Source of the DNA: an uncultured Planctomycetales bacterium
Lineage (GTDB): Bacteria; Planctomycetota; Phycisphaerae; SM23-33; FEN-1343
Direction of reading: 5' to 3'
Assembly: GCA_964535025.1 (NCBI GenBank)
Contig: CAZHRW010000149.1
Coordinates: forward strand, 11,932-75,931
DNA length: 64,000 bases
The translations under genes and the position numbers were made by a program. The notes beneath the pieces were generated by a model. It was not told the origin of the DNA. It saw only the letters and a program-made list of their open reading frames with translations, and ran no database searches. Below are positions 45,108 through 55,167 of the stretch, piece after piece; the first letter of the stretch is position 1, and each line of letters opens with the position of its first letter.

Positions 45108-47351
45108 TCAATCCTTGGTGTTGTTATCGAACCCCTCGGAGACCTGGGCGGCTTCGGCGCCCCCGGCGGCCTTGAGGGCCAGGTAGAAGCATAGCAGCAG
45201 CCCGCCGACCACCAGCAGGAGCATCACGGCCAGGGTCGCCAGCGACCAGCCGGAGAGTGTCGGGTGTTCCACCGCCGGCCGGGTCGCCGGTTGCGTTGTC
45301 GCCACCTGGGATGCGGCCTGTTGCGTGGCGGCGGGTTGGGGGGTTGGCGCGACGGCCGCTTGGCCCGGCCGGGTCGCCGGCTGCGTGGCGGCCGGTTGGG
45401 TTGCCGCCGCGACGGCGTCGGCGTCCGGCCGATCGAACTGCCCGGCCATCACCAGCAGGGCCAGCAGCAGGCCGGCGCAGGCGCCGGTGGAAAGGACCGA
45501 CAGGCTGGCGGCCCCGCGGGCCCAGCGGCTGGGGCGCCGGCGGTCGGTCTCGGCGACGACGACGCCGGCGGCGCCCAGCACCAGGGCCAGCAGGCTGAGG
45601 CCCAGGCCGGTCAGCAGGACCGTCCGACCGGCGGTGAGGGCGGCTTTGCCGGCGTCCTGCAGGCCGGCGTCGGTGTAGTCGGCCTTGGCATGGAGGGCAT
45701 GGGCGAAGCCGAGGCACACGAGCACCACGGCGACGACGGCCAACGCCAGGCCCAGGAGGCCGCCCGTCCGCGGCCCGGTGGGGTGGCCGACGTGGGCGGC
45801 GTGGGTATCGGCGCCGCCCGAGCGGATCAGGCTCAGCGCCACCGCCAGCAGGGGAGCCACGGCGCCGACGATCAGGGCGACCAGGTGGGGCCAGTGGGTG
45901 AACCCCTTGTCGGTCTTGAGAAACCCGGGTGTTGTCGCCTGATCGAAGAGGCTCCAGATGAACAGCGCCGAGAGCATCACCGGGACGACGACACGGATCA
46001 GCCAGTCCCACCACGCGCCCAGCCGCCAGTCGCTTCGCTCGTTGGCGTGGTGGCGCAGGCGGGCGATGCGGTACGTCCAGCCCAGTACGACGCACTGCAG
46101 CAGTCCCAGCAGGGCGATCCCCCACGGCCCCATGATCAGCCCGTCCATCGCGTCCAGCCACAGCAGGCCGCCCCGTGTGCAGTAGAGAAGGCCGATGCCC
46201 AGGGCAACCAGGACCATGATCACCAGGGCGACGTGGCGATTGCACCGCAGCTTGTCGACGATGGAGGCCAGGACGCTCTCGGCGATGGAGAACGCCGAGT
46301 CGATGCCCAGCGTGATCAGGGCGAAGAAGAAGATCGTCGAGAACAGCGCCGAATAGGGCAGTTGGGCCAGGGCGTAGGGAAACGCTACGAACGCCAGGCC
46401 GGGCCCTTCCTTGGCGACGGTGTCGACCGCCCCGCCGGTGGTCACCGCCATGCCCCCCAGCGTGGCGAACACGGCGATGCCCGCGACAAAGCTGGTGCCC
46501 ATGTCGCCCAGGCCGATGATGGCGGCGTTGTTGTTCAGATCGCTCTTGCGATGAAGGAAGCTGGCGTAGGTGACCATCACGCCGAACGCCAGGCTCATCG
46601 AGAAGAACACCTGCCCGAAGGCGTAACGCCAGGTCGTCGGCTTGGCCAGTTCCGACCAGACGGGCCGGAGGTAGTATTCCAGCCCCGTCTCGGCGCCCTC
46701 AAGGGTGAGGCCGCGGACGGTGAGGATCAGCAGCATCAGCCATGGCAGCGGGACGGTCCACAGGACGATCCTGCTGACCAGCCGGACGCCGCGGAAGATG
46801 CACAGGTAGATCATCACCCACACGACGATCAGGCTCCAGACGATATTCGGCACCAGCCCGCCCAGCGTGCCCGGCGGGGCGTTCTCGGGCATCTGGAGAT
46901 AGGTCCCGTAGAAGTACCCTTCGGCCTGCGTGACGCCCTCGGCGCCCTTGGCGGCCCAGGGCAGCTCGCCGCCGTTGAACAGCCCCTGCACGCTGACGAG
47001 AAAGAAGCTCAGGCAGTAGGCCAGGATGACGGCGTAGTAGGTAACGATGACGAACCCCAGCAGGATCCCCCACCAGCCGACCGGCTCGCTGCGGCGGTTG
47101 ACGCCCCGGAAGGCGTCGGGGGCCGCCCGCTGTGTCATGTGGCCGAGGCTGAACTCCAGGATCAGCACCGGAATGCCGATCAGGAGCATCCCGACGATGT
47201 AGGGGATCAGGAACGCACCGCCGCCGTAGCTGTAGAGCTTGTAGGGGAAGCCCCACAGGTTGCCCAGCCCGACGGCCGAGCCGATGGCGGCCAGGACGAA
47301 GCCGGATCGCGTTCCCCAGTTCTCACGCTGTTCTTCCAGGAGTTGGGCCAT
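45108..47351 (-). CDS. Neurotransmitter:sodium symporter (NSS/SNF) family transporter with a roughly 230-aa C-terminal extension
   Basis: WGTRSGFVLAAIGSAVGLGNLWGFPY signature. Core of 11-12 TM helices. The extension carries extra TM segments, a Gln/Pro/Ala/Thr-rich linker and a terminal TM. Confidence 0.85.
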   Translation of the reverse strand: MAQLLEEQRENWGTRSGFVLAAIGSAVGLGNLWGFPYKLYSYGGGAFLIPYIVGMLLIGIPVLILEFSLGHMTQRAAPDAFRGVNRRSEPVGWWGILLGFVIVTYYAVILAYCLSFFLVSVQGLFNGGELPWAAKGAEGVTQAEGYFYGTYLQMPENAPPGTLGGLVPNIVWSLIVVWVMIYLCIFRGVRLVSRIVLWTVPLPWLMLLILTVRGLTLEGAETGLEYYLRPVWSELAKPTTWRYAFGQVFFSMSLAFGVMVTYASFLHRKSDLNNNAAIIGLGDMGTSFVAGIAVFATLGGMAVTTGGAVDTVAKEGPGLAFVAFPYALAQLPYSALFSTIFFFALITLGIDSAFSIAESVLASIVDKLRCNRHVALVIMVLVALGIGLLYCTRGGLLWLDAMDGLIMGPWGIALLGLLQCVVLGWTYRIARLRHHANERSDWRLGAWWDWLIRVVVPVMLSALFIWSLFDQATTPGFLKTDKGFTHWPHLVALIVGAVAPLLAVALSLIRSGGADTHAAHVGHPTGPRTGGLLGLALAVVAVVLVCLGFAHALHAKADYTDAGLQDAGKAALTAGRTVLLTGLGLSLLALVLGAAGVVVAETDRRRPSRWARGAASLSVLSTGACAGLLLALLVMAGQFDRPDADAVAAATQPAATQPATRPGQAAVAPTPQPAATQQAASQVATTQPATRPAVEHPTLSGWSLATLAVMLLLVVGGLLLCFYLALKAAGGAEAAQVSEGFDNNTKD

Positions 47352-47600
47352 GGGTCGCCTCGCTGTCACCCAGTGCGATCGATATGTGCTCGCCGATGCC
47401 TGTTAGTGTTGCAAAATCGCCGCCCAACGCAAGCGCAAAGCGGGTGGCCCCAATCGGCAGGGCGATCGGGCGCCACCCCCCTCAACATATTGAGCATTTC
47501 TTGCATAGAATAAGTAACGGCTGAAGTGGGCAAGGCGAAAAATGTTTCATGTAACATATGGACAAGTATAGTCTTATGATACACTTACGAGCCTGACTGC

Positions 47601-47628
47601 TTGACTTGCCGGCCGGATCTGGTATAGT
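47601..47628 (+). promoter_or_regulatory. Near-consensus sigma-70 promoter TTGACT, 16-bp spacer, TATAGT, giving a very short leader to folC
   Basis: Read directly. Lies in a 270-bp AT-rich divergent region that also contains small palindromes (CATGTAACATATG). Confidence 0.5.
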
Positions 47629-47638
47629 TGCACTCACT

Positions 47639-49045
47639 ATGGCCATCGCAACCTCCGACAAGAAAACGAGTCGCGGCAAATCGGCCTCCGGGACCTTCCG
47701 CAGGTACGATGCCGCGCTCAAGTATCTGTTCTCCATGACCGACTATGAGCAGATGCTTCGGGTGCGCTACAACCGCGACACCTTCAGTCTCGACCGTATG
47801 TATAAGCTCCTGGAGGGGTTAGGTAATCCCCAGGACCGGATCCGCAGCGTCCACATCGCCGGGACCAAGGGCAAGGGCTCCACGGTCGAGATGCTCAGTC
47901 AGATGCTGATCACCTGCGGGTACAAGGTCGGGGTGTACACCAGCCCGCACATCACCGACATCCGCGAGCGGATCCGCATCAACCACACGATGATCACCCA
48001 GGCGGCGATGACCCGCCTGATCTCGGCGGTCGAGCCGATCATCACCCGGATGGGCGACGAGAAGCCCACGTTCTTCGAGATCCTCACGGCCATCGCGTTC
48101 CTGCACTTCGCCAACGAGGAGGTGGACGTCGCCGTCATCGAGACGGGTCTGGGCGGACGACTGGACTCGACGAACGTGCTCATGCCGGACGTGTGCGGCC
48201 TGACGAGCATCTCGCTGGACCACATGCACCAGCTCGGTCGGACGGTCGACCAGATCGCCAAGGAGAAGGCGGGGATCTTCAAGCGGGACATCCCGGCCGT
48301 CAGCGTGCCGCAGCGGCCGGAGGTCGAGGTGGTCCTGCGCCGCGCCGCCAAGGAAGCCAAGACCCCGCTGATGTTCGCCGGCAAGGACATCGACTTCAGC
48401 TACCGCTTCGAGTCCAGCCGCGACAGCGGTCCGCAGACCCGCGTGTGCATGACCACCGACACCAGCCGCTTCGAGCACCTGCCCGTGCCGCTGCTCGGCG
48501 AGCACCAGGCCGTCAACTGCGGGCTGGCGCTGGCGCTGCTGGATGAGCTGAAGAAGAAGGGCTTCGACAAGATCGACGACGCCACCGCCATCGAAGGGCT
48601 CCGCCAGACCTATCTGCCCGGGCGCATGGAGATGGTCTGCCCCGACCCGCGGATCATCGCCGACGGCGCCCACAATGCCGCGTCCGTCGCGGCGTTGATG
48701 CGGGCGATCGGGCAGAACATCCCGTACGACTCGATGGTCGTCGTCTTCGGCTGTGCCGTCGACAAGGACATCCCCGGCATGATGCGGGAACTGGCGCTGG
48801 GCGCCGACAAGATCGTCTTCGCCTCGGTCGGCGGGACCCGCGCCGCCAAGACGCGCGACCTGGCCGACGCCTTCGAGGAGTGCACCGGCAAGACCGCCCA
48901 ACTGGCCGACAGCGTCGAAGAGGCCCTCAACATCGCCGCCTCGGCCGTCAGCCGCGAGGACATCATCTGCGTGACCGGCAGTTTCTACCTCGTCGGCGCC
49001 GTCAAGGCGATCCTCGCCGCCCGTCAGCAGCCGCAGGTGTCCTAG
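47639..49045 (+). CDS. folC: Bifunctional folylpolyglutamate synthase / dihydrofolate synthase
   Basis: HIAGTKGKGST P-loop and Mur-ligase family motifs. Confidence 0.85.
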   Translation: MAIATSDKKTSRGKSASGTFRRYDAALKYLFSMTDYEQMLRVRYNRDTFSLDRMYKLLEGLGNPQDRIRSVHIAGTKGKGSTVEMLSQMLITCGYKVGVYTSPHITDIRERIRINHTMITQAAMTRLISAVEPIITRMGDEKPTFFEILTAIAFLHFANEEVDVAVIETGLGGRLDSTNVLMPDVCGLTSISLDHMHQLGRTVDQIAKEKAGIFKRDIPAVSVPQRPEVEVVLRRAAKEAKTPLMFAGKDIDFSYRFESSRDSGPQTRVCMTTDTSRFEHLPVPLLGEHQAVNCGLALALLDELKKKGFDKIDDATAIEGLRQTYLPGRMEMVCPDPRIIADGAHNAASVAALMRAIGQNIPYDSMVVVFGCAVDKDIPGMMRELALGADKIVFASVGGTRAAKTRDLADAFEECTGKTAQLADSVEEALNIAASAVSREDIICVTGSFYLVGAVKAILAARQQPQVS

Positions 49046-49906
49046 CTAGTCCCGCGGCGCGAAGGCGTCGGCGAACTCACGGGTGTCGATATTGGACGGC
49101 AGCGTTCGTCCGGTGGCGTAGCTGAACAGGACGGCCTTGAAGACGACGTCGGCGGCGCTGCTGAAGGCGATGGCCAGCGCGACCACGATGACGGCGACGG
49201 CGACGCACGCCGCCGCGACCACCGCCGAGCCGCTCATCATCCCCAGGTAGATCAGCACGCCCGCGCCCAGCAGCACCGGGAGCATCACCAGGAAACTCAG
49301 CAGCCCCAGCGAGAAGTTCCCCACCAGCGCCGTGCCCCACGTCTTGCGGAGGACCGCCAGCGACCGCTTGAACGCCTTGGCGGGGCCGACGCCCTCGACG
49401 GCGATCACGGGCACCACCAGGTACGTCATGGCCGTCCAGGCCATCCCGAGGACCGCGGAGATGAACTGGGCCGCCCGCTTGTTGGAGTTCTCGATGATCC
49501 GCAGCACCACCCCGATGACCGCCGAGACGACGGCCCAGCCGAAGATCGGCCCGAATCGCCGCCACGCCAGAGCCAGCCCGTAGCCCAACGTGGGTCGCCC
49601 GCCGTTGAGGGCCTGCATCGCGCAGGCGACCAGGGCGGTGTTGAAGAAGACGATGACGAAGTAGTTGCAGAAGTAGAACGCGAACAGCGTCAGGTACATC
49701 ACCACGTCGCCGTCACCCTCGCCGTTCTCCGCCGCGGCCCATTGCTCGATCGTGCCCGCCTGCCACAGCGGCAGGACGAAACTGGCCGAGACGACCATCG
49801 CCGCGATCCCCGCCAGCAGGGGCAGGACGATGAGGTGCTTGTGGTCCCACAGCAGGGCGTAACTCGTCTTGGCGTACTCCCAGCTTCGTGAAAGCGAATC
49901 GAACAT
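49046..49906 (-). CDS. Hypothetical polytopic membrane protein
   Basis: Five to six TM helices; no recognisable catalytic motif. Confidence 0.5.
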   Translation of the reverse strand: MFDSLSRSWEYAKTSYALLWDHKHLIVLPLLAGIAAMVVSASFVLPLWQAGTIEQWAAAENGEGDGDVVMYLTLFAFYFCNYFVIVFFNTALVACAMQALNGGRPTLGYGLALAWRRFGPIFGWAVVSAVIGVVLRIIENSNKRAAQFISAVLGMAWTAMTYLVVPVIAVEGVGPAKAFKRSLAVLRKTWGTALVGNFSLGLLSFLVMLPVLLGAGVLIYLGMMSGSAVVAAACVAVAVIVVALAIAFSSAADVVFKAVLFSYATGRTLPSNIDTREFADAFAPRD

Positions 49907-50193
49907 GGTCGTTCCCTTTCAAAGATAGGACGGCGGCGTCTCCCATGCGCCGACAGCCGCCAGGATAGGCGAACGCAACCCCAAAAACAAGGCGCTGTTG
50001 CGTTTGGACGGCCGGGGAGCGGTGCGGCTCAAGAAAAAGCGCGGCGGCGAACGATAAGCAGAGAGGACGGGCCAGCTTTGGCATCTCATCGTGTGCGCCC
50101 GGCGGGACGAATCCACACCGGCCCCGCCGAGCACGCGGAGGGCGGGTCGTCGCGGGTGTGGGACCTTTGCATTGGTTCACGGAAGGAGTTAGG

Positions 50194-51675
50194 ATGAGGC
50201 ATACCCTGTTGCTTTCACGCCAGGCGCACCGGAGAGCCCCGCAGGTGGAGCAGACCTACGCCGGACAGACCATTCACCTGATCGGCATCGGCGGCACCGG
50301 CATGCGCGCCCTGGCCGACATGCTCATCCAGCGCGGGGCGGTCGTCTCCGGCAGCGACCTGGCCGGCGGGGCCGCGGTCGAACGGCTCCGCGACGCCGGG
50401 GCGACGATCCACCTGGGCCACCAGGGCGAGTATGTTCCCGACGGCTGCGACCGGGTGGTCTACTCGGCCGCCGTCCACGAGGCCAATCCCGAGCTGCTCG
50501 CCGCCCGGGCCGCGGGCGTGCGGTGCGTCAAGTACAGCCGGATGCTCGGCGAGCTGATGGCCGCCCAGTGCGGCGTGGCGGTCGCGGGCACGCACGGCAA
50601 GAGCACCACGACGGCGATGGTCGCCCACGCCCTCGTCGCCGCCGGGCTCGACCCGAGCTTCATCGTCGGCGCCACGGTGCCCCAGCTCGGCGGGCCGTGC
50701 CGCGTCGGACAGGGGCGGTTCTTCGTCGCCGAGGCCTGCGAGTACGACCGCAGCTTCCTGAACCTGCGGCCCACGCTGGCGGCGGTGCTGAACATCGAGG
50801 AGGACCACCTGGACTGCTACGGGGACCTCGACGCGATCATCGAGGCCTTCCGCAGCTTCCTGGCCGCCGTGAGCGTCGACGGGATCGCCGTGGTCAACGG
50901 CGAGGACCGCAACGTCGCCGCCGCCGCCCGGTCGGCCGTCTGCGAGGTGCAGACGTTCGGCCTGCGGGACGGGTGCATGTGGCGGGCGGTGAACGTCGAA
51001 GCCGAAACGGGGCTCTACCGCTTCGACGTGAGCTTCACCGGGCGGGAGTTCACCCGCATCGAGCTCCGCCAGCCGGGGCTGCACAACGTCTACAACGCCC
51101 TGGCCGCCTGCGCCATCGGCCACCACGCCGGGCTGGCGCCGCGGCAGATCGCCGACGCGCTGGGCAGTTTCGCCGGCACCTACCGGCGGATGACCGTCAA
51201 GGGCCGCGCCGGCGGCGTGACGGTGGTCGACGACTACGCCCACCATCCCACCGAGATCCAGGTGACCCTGCGGGCCCTGCGCGACCGCTACGGGCCGCGG
51301 CGGCTGGTGTGCGTCTTCCAGCCGCACCAGCACTCGCGAACGCGGTTCCTGCTGAACGATTTCGCCCGCAGCTTCTCGGCCGCCGACGAGGTGGTCGTGC
51401 CGGATATCTATTTCGTTCGCGACAGCGTCCGGGAGAAAGACTATATTTGCTCGGAGGACCTGGCCTCGCAGATCCGCCTGCAGGGCGGACGGGCCGGGTA
51501 CCTCAAGACATTCGCGCAGATCGCCGACCACCTGGTCGCCACGTTGACCGCCGGCGACCTGCTGGTGACGATGGGCGCGGGCAACGTGTGGGAAATCGCC
51601 GATACGGTCCTCGATCGTCTCGGCGACCGGCAGGCTGAAAGGCCGTCGGACGAGCGGCGGAGCCCCATCGCATGA
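50194..51675 (+). CDS. murC: UDP-N-acetylmuramate--L-alanine ligase
   Basis: HLIGIGGTGM and GTHGKSTTT motifs. GAAGGAG RBS. Confidence 0.9.
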   Translation: MRHTLLLSRQAHRRAPQVEQTYAGQTIHLIGIGGTGMRALADMLIQRGAVVSGSDLAGGAAVERLRDAGATIHLGHQGEYVPDGCDRVVYSAAVHEANPELLAARAAGVRCVKYSRMLGELMAAQCGVAVAGTHGKSTTTAMVAHALVAAGLDPSFIVGATVPQLGGPCRVGQGRFFVAEACEYDRSFLNLRPTLAAVLNIEEDHLDCYGDLDAIIEAFRSFLAAVSVDGIAVVNGEDRNVAAAARSAVCEVQTFGLRDGCMWRAVNVEAETGLYRFDVSFTGREFTRIELRQPGLHNVYNALAACAIGHHAGLAPRQIADALGSFAGTYRRMTVKGRAGGVTVVDDYAHHPTEIQVTLRALRDRYGPRRLVCVFQPHQHSRTRFLLNDFARSFSAADEVVVPDIYFVRDSVREKDYICSEDLASQIRLQGGRAGYLKTFAQIADHLVATLTAGDLLVTMGAGNVWEIADTVLDRLGDRQAERPSDERRSPIA

Positions 51676-52568
51676 CGGACACCCGATCCAGGCAGTTGTT
51701 CGCAGGGCTGGACTCGATCGTCAGGACCGGCGTGTCGCTGGCCGAGCGCACGTGGTTTCACATCGGCGGGCCGGCCGAGTATTTCATCGAGCCGACCGAC
51801 GCGGATCAGCTCCGCGAGGTCCTGCGCCGCTGCCGTGACAGCGAGGTGCCCCTCCATGTGCTGGGCGGGGGGGCCAACCTGCTGATCGACGACGGCGGCG
51901 TGAAGGGCGCCGTCGTGCACCTGTCGGCGGAGGCGTTCTCCGGCGTGCGGTTCGCCGACGGGGTGCTGACCGTCGGCGCCGGGCGGGACCTGCCCAAGCT
52001 CGTGCTGCACTGCGTCCGCCAGGGCTGGGCGGGGCTGGAGTGCCTGACGGGCATCCCCGGCACGATCGGCGGGTGCGTGAGGATGAACGCCGGCGGCGAC
52101 TTCGGCGACGTCGGGTCGATCATCGATTCGGTCGAGGTCATGGCCGCCGACGGGGTCGCCTTCACCCGCACCCACGACGACCTGGCCTTCAGCTACCGCT
52201 CCACGAACATCACCTCGCCGGTCATCCTCGGCGCGTCGTTCCGCCTGAGCGAGGACGATCCGCACCGGATCCTCCGGCAGGTGAAGGAAATCTGGATCTA
52301 CAAGAAGAACAGCCAGCCCCTGGGCCACCCCAACGCCGGCTGCGTCTTCAAGAACCCCCGGGGCATGTCCGCCGGCGCCCTGATCGACCAGGCGGGTCTC
52401 AAGGGACGACGGGTCGGCGGCGCGCACGTCAGCGAGAAGCACGCCAACTTCATCCTCGCCGACCCCGACACGCGGGCCTCCGACGTGCTCAAGCTGATCA
52501 ACATCATCCGCGAGGCGGTCTACAAGCGGTTCGAGGTGTACCTGGAACTGGAACTGGAAATCTGGTGA
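51672..52568 (+). CDS. murB: UDP-N-acetylenolpyruvoylglucosamine reductase
   Basis: FAD-binding domain and MurB C-terminal domain. ATGA overlap with murC. Confidence 0.9.
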   Translation: MTDTRSRQLFAGLDSIVRTGVSLAERTWFHIGGPAEYFIEPTDADQLREVLRRCRDSEVPLHVLGGGANLLIDDGGVKGAVVHLSAEAFSGVRFADGVLTVGAGRDLPKLVLHCVRQGWAGLECLTGIPGTIGGCVRMNAGGDFGDVGSIIDSVEVMAADGVAFTRTHDDLAFSYRSTNITSPVILGASFRLSEDDPHRILRQVKEIWIYKKNSQPLGHPNAGCVFKNPRGMSAGALIDQAGLKGRRVGGAHVSEKHANFILADPDTRASDVLKLINIIREAVYKRFEVYLELELEIW

Positions 52569-52619
52569 GCCCCGCGGCGCCGGAGGCGCCGCCGACGGCC
52601 ACGGCAGGGGAAAACGATC

Positions 52620-53615
52620 ATGGATGAGACAGGCCAGCACGGAACCGACGGGCCCCTGACAATCCTCGTGGCCACCGGCGGCATCTCCGCCGAGCGGGAG
52701 GTCTCGCTGATGTCCGGCCGGGCCGTCGCCGAGGCGCTGGAAAGCCGCGGCCACCGCGTCCGCCTGGCCGATATCCACCCGCTGCACATCGAGCCGCTGG
52801 ACGATCCGGCCATCGACGTGGTGTTCATCGCGATGCACGGCGCCTTCGGCGAGGACGGCCAGATGCAGCAGTGCTGCGAGGATCGCGCCCTCGCTTACGT
52901 CGGGGCCGATCCGCACGCCAGCGAACTGGCGATGGACAAGGCCGCCAGCAAGCAGCTCTTTCGCAAGGCTGGCCTCGACACACCCGATTGGGTCGTCGTC
53001 GAGGAGTTCAACGACGACGCCCGCCGGACGCAACTGCTCCGCACGCCGGGGCTGCCCTGCGTGCTCAAGCCGGTCGACGGCGGGTCCAGCGTGGATATCG
53101 TCATCGCCCCGACCGCCGCCCGCCGCGCCGACGCCCTGGCCGGGTTGCTGGACAAGTATTCCCGCGCCCTGGTCGAGCGGTTCGTCGCGGGGCGGGAGTT
53201 CACCGTCGGCGTGCTGGGCGAGGAGGCACTGCCGGTGATGGAGATCCGCGTCGGGCGGGACTTCTACGACTACGCCGCCAAGTACGACGACGATGCGACC
53301 GAATTCATCCTCGATCACGGCCTGGACGACCGGGCCGTCAAGGGGCTGACGTCGGCGGCCCTGACGGCCCACCACGTCCTGGGCTGCCGCGACATGTCTC
53401 GGACCGACTTCCGCGTGGATGCCACCGGCCGCGTGTGGGCGCTGGAGACCAACACGATCCCCGGCTTCACGGCCCACTCGCTGCTGCCGAAGGCCGCCGC
53501 GGCGGCCGGGGTCGACTTCGCCGAGTTGTGCGACCGCCTGGTGGCCATGGCGCTGCGGCGGCGGGCCCTCGCCGACGAGGTCCTTTCCTCGGGGCGCTCG
53601 AGAAACTGCGGGTGA
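52620..53615 (+). CDS. ddl: D-alanine--D-alanine ligase
   Basis: ATP-grasp fold with Ddl N-terminal motif VLVATGGISAEREVSL. Confidence 0.9.
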   Translation: MDETGQHGTDGPLTILVATGGISAEREVSLMSGRAVAEALESRGHRVRLADIHPLHIEPLDDPAIDVVFIAMHGAFGEDGQMQQCCEDRALAYVGADPHASELAMDKAASKQLFRKAGLDTPDWVVVEEFNDDARRTQLLRTPGLPCVLKPVDGGSSVDIVIAPTAARRADALAGLLDKYSRALVERFVAGREFTVGVLGEEALPVMEIRVGRDFYDYAAKYDDDATEFILDHGLDDRAVKGLTSAALTAHHVLGCRDMSRTDFRVDATGRVWALETNTIPGFTAHSLLPKAAAAAGVDFAELCDRLVAMALRRRALADEVLSSGRSRNCG

Positions 53616-53620
53616 GACGT

Positions 53621-54604
53621 ATGGCCGGCAAACGCAGGCAACGCAAGATCAAGCCGTCGCCCAAGCCCGCCGAACCGGGTCCGGTGCGGCGATGGTGGGC
53701 GGGGCTGCCGGCCGACGAGAAGCGTGCGGCGGCGGGCCGCATGGCCGCTGTGGCGCTGGTGATCGGCGCGGCGGTCGGTGCGGTGGTGGGGCTGGGGGAG
53801 CTTCGCGGATACGTGATGGCCCAGCCGTCGTACGCCGACAGCACGGCCGTGGTGGTGCTGGCCGATCGCCCGGACTGGATGGTCGAGGCCGTGGCGGCGG
53901 AGCTCCGCGCCCGGTTGTCCCGGGCGGCCGGGCCGCGGGCCGAGACGTTCGAGCCTCACCTGGCCGAGCGGGTGTACGCCGAGGCGCGGCGGTGTCCGTG
54001 GATTCGTCGTGTGCACGAGGTGCGGATCGAACGCGCGGCCGCAGGGGCGGAGGATCAGGCGATGTCGGCCGGGCGGATCGTCGTGGACGCCGAGTACCGC
54101 CGCCCCGTCGCCCGGGCGGTTCGCGGCCCGATCGAGCGGTACATCGACGACCAGGGCGTCGTCCTGCCGACCGACAGCGCCCGCCTGCAGGCGATGCGCT
54201 GGCCGATGGTGCGTATCACCGGCCTGCGGGAACCGGCGCCCGACTGCGGGCGGGTGTGGCCCGGGGAGGACCTGACGGCGGGATTGAAGATCCTCGGTCT
54301 GCTGGCCGGCAAGCCGTACTTCAACCAGATCACCACCATCGACGTCGGCAACTTCCGCGGCCGCTACAGCCGCGCGGAGGCCTCCATCCTCCTGGAGGCC
54401 AGCGACGGCCTGGCGGTGACCGAGATCCGCTTCGGCGACCTGCCGTCCGACGGCCTGCCGCCGGTGGGCGTCCCCTCGATCGAACGGCGGCTCGGCTACC
54501 TCGACAGTTGGCACCGTCGCAACGGCGGCCGCCTCGCCGGCCCGACCTATCTCGACCTGCGCCAGTCCGACGCGATCAACGTGCCGGAGGGATACGTTCC
54601 GTAG
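53621..54604 (+). CDS. FtsQ/DivIB-like protein (basic N-terminus, one TM, POTRA-like segment)
   Basis: Sits where ftsQ normally follows ddl. MAGKRRQRKIKP..., then a TM helix, then a POTRA-like ...CPWIRRVHEVRIERAA...IVVDAEYRRPVA segment. Not followed by ftsA/ftsZ. Confidence 0.5.
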   Translation: MAGKRRQRKIKPSPKPAEPGPVRRWWAGLPADEKRAAAGRMAAVALVIGAAVGAVVGLGELRGYVMAQPSYADSTAVVVLADRPDWMVEAVAAELRARLSRAAGPRAETFEPHLAERVYAEARRCPWIRRVHEVRIERAAAGAEDQAMSAGRIVVDAEYRRPVARAVRGPIERYIDDQGVVLPTDSARLQAMRWPMVRITGLREPAPDCGRVWPGEDLTAGLKILGLLAGKPYFNQITTIDVGNFRGRYSRAEASILLEASDGLAVTEIRFGDLPSDGLPPVGVPSIERRLGYLDSWHRRNGGRLAGPTYLDLRQSDAINVPEGYVP

Positions 54605-54607
54605 GGG

Positions 54608-55162
54608 CTAGACCTCCGTCGCCAGCATCCCCCACGCCTCGCGATCCTCGAACACCCCGTGCTTGAGCACGTGCTGCCGCAGCGTGCCTTCGTGCGTCAT
54701 GCCGACCTTGGCCAGGACCCGCCCCGAGGCCGGGTTCCGCGTGAAATGGTGGGCGACGACGCGGTGGAGCCCCACTTCTTCGAAGGCGAAGCGGACCAGC
54801 CGCCGCGCCGCCTCGGTGGCATAACCACGTCCCCAATAAGGAACACCGATCCAGTAGCCCAGCTCCGCGCGGCGGTGGGGGTTGTCCAGGCCCGACAGGC
54901 CCACCGCGCCGACCAGCTCGCCCGTCGCGGCGGCCGTGATCGCCAGGTGCAGTTCCCGCCGGGCGACCCAATGCGCGGCCAGCGAGGCGATCCATCGCTC
55001 GGCCAGACCGTCCTCATAGGGGTGCGGCATGTACAGCATGGTCGCGGCGACCTCCTTGGCGCCGGCCAGGCGGCCGACGTCGTCGGCGTCGGCGGGCGTG
55101 AGCGGGCGCAGGATGAGCCGTTCGGTTCTCAGCGTCGGCAGCGACGTGTGAGGCTCCACCAT
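54608..55162 (-). CDS. GNAT family N-acetyltransferase (RimJ/RimL-like)
   Basis: LILRPLTPADADDV...GYWIGVPYWGRGYATEAARRLVRFAFEEVGLHRV acetyl-CoA binding motifs. The real gene is the C-terminal third of track ORF 54608..55960. Confidence 0.8.
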   Translation of the reverse strand: MVEPHTSLPTLRTERLILRPLTPADADDVGRLAGAKEVAATMLYMPHPYEDGLAERWIASLAAHWVARRELHLAITAAATGELVGAVGLSGLDNPHRRAELGYWIGVPYWGRGYATEAARRLVRFAFEEVGLHRVVAHHFTRNPASGRVLAKVGMTHEGTLRQHVLKHGVFEDREAWGMLATEV

Positions 55163-55167
55163 CGTTG

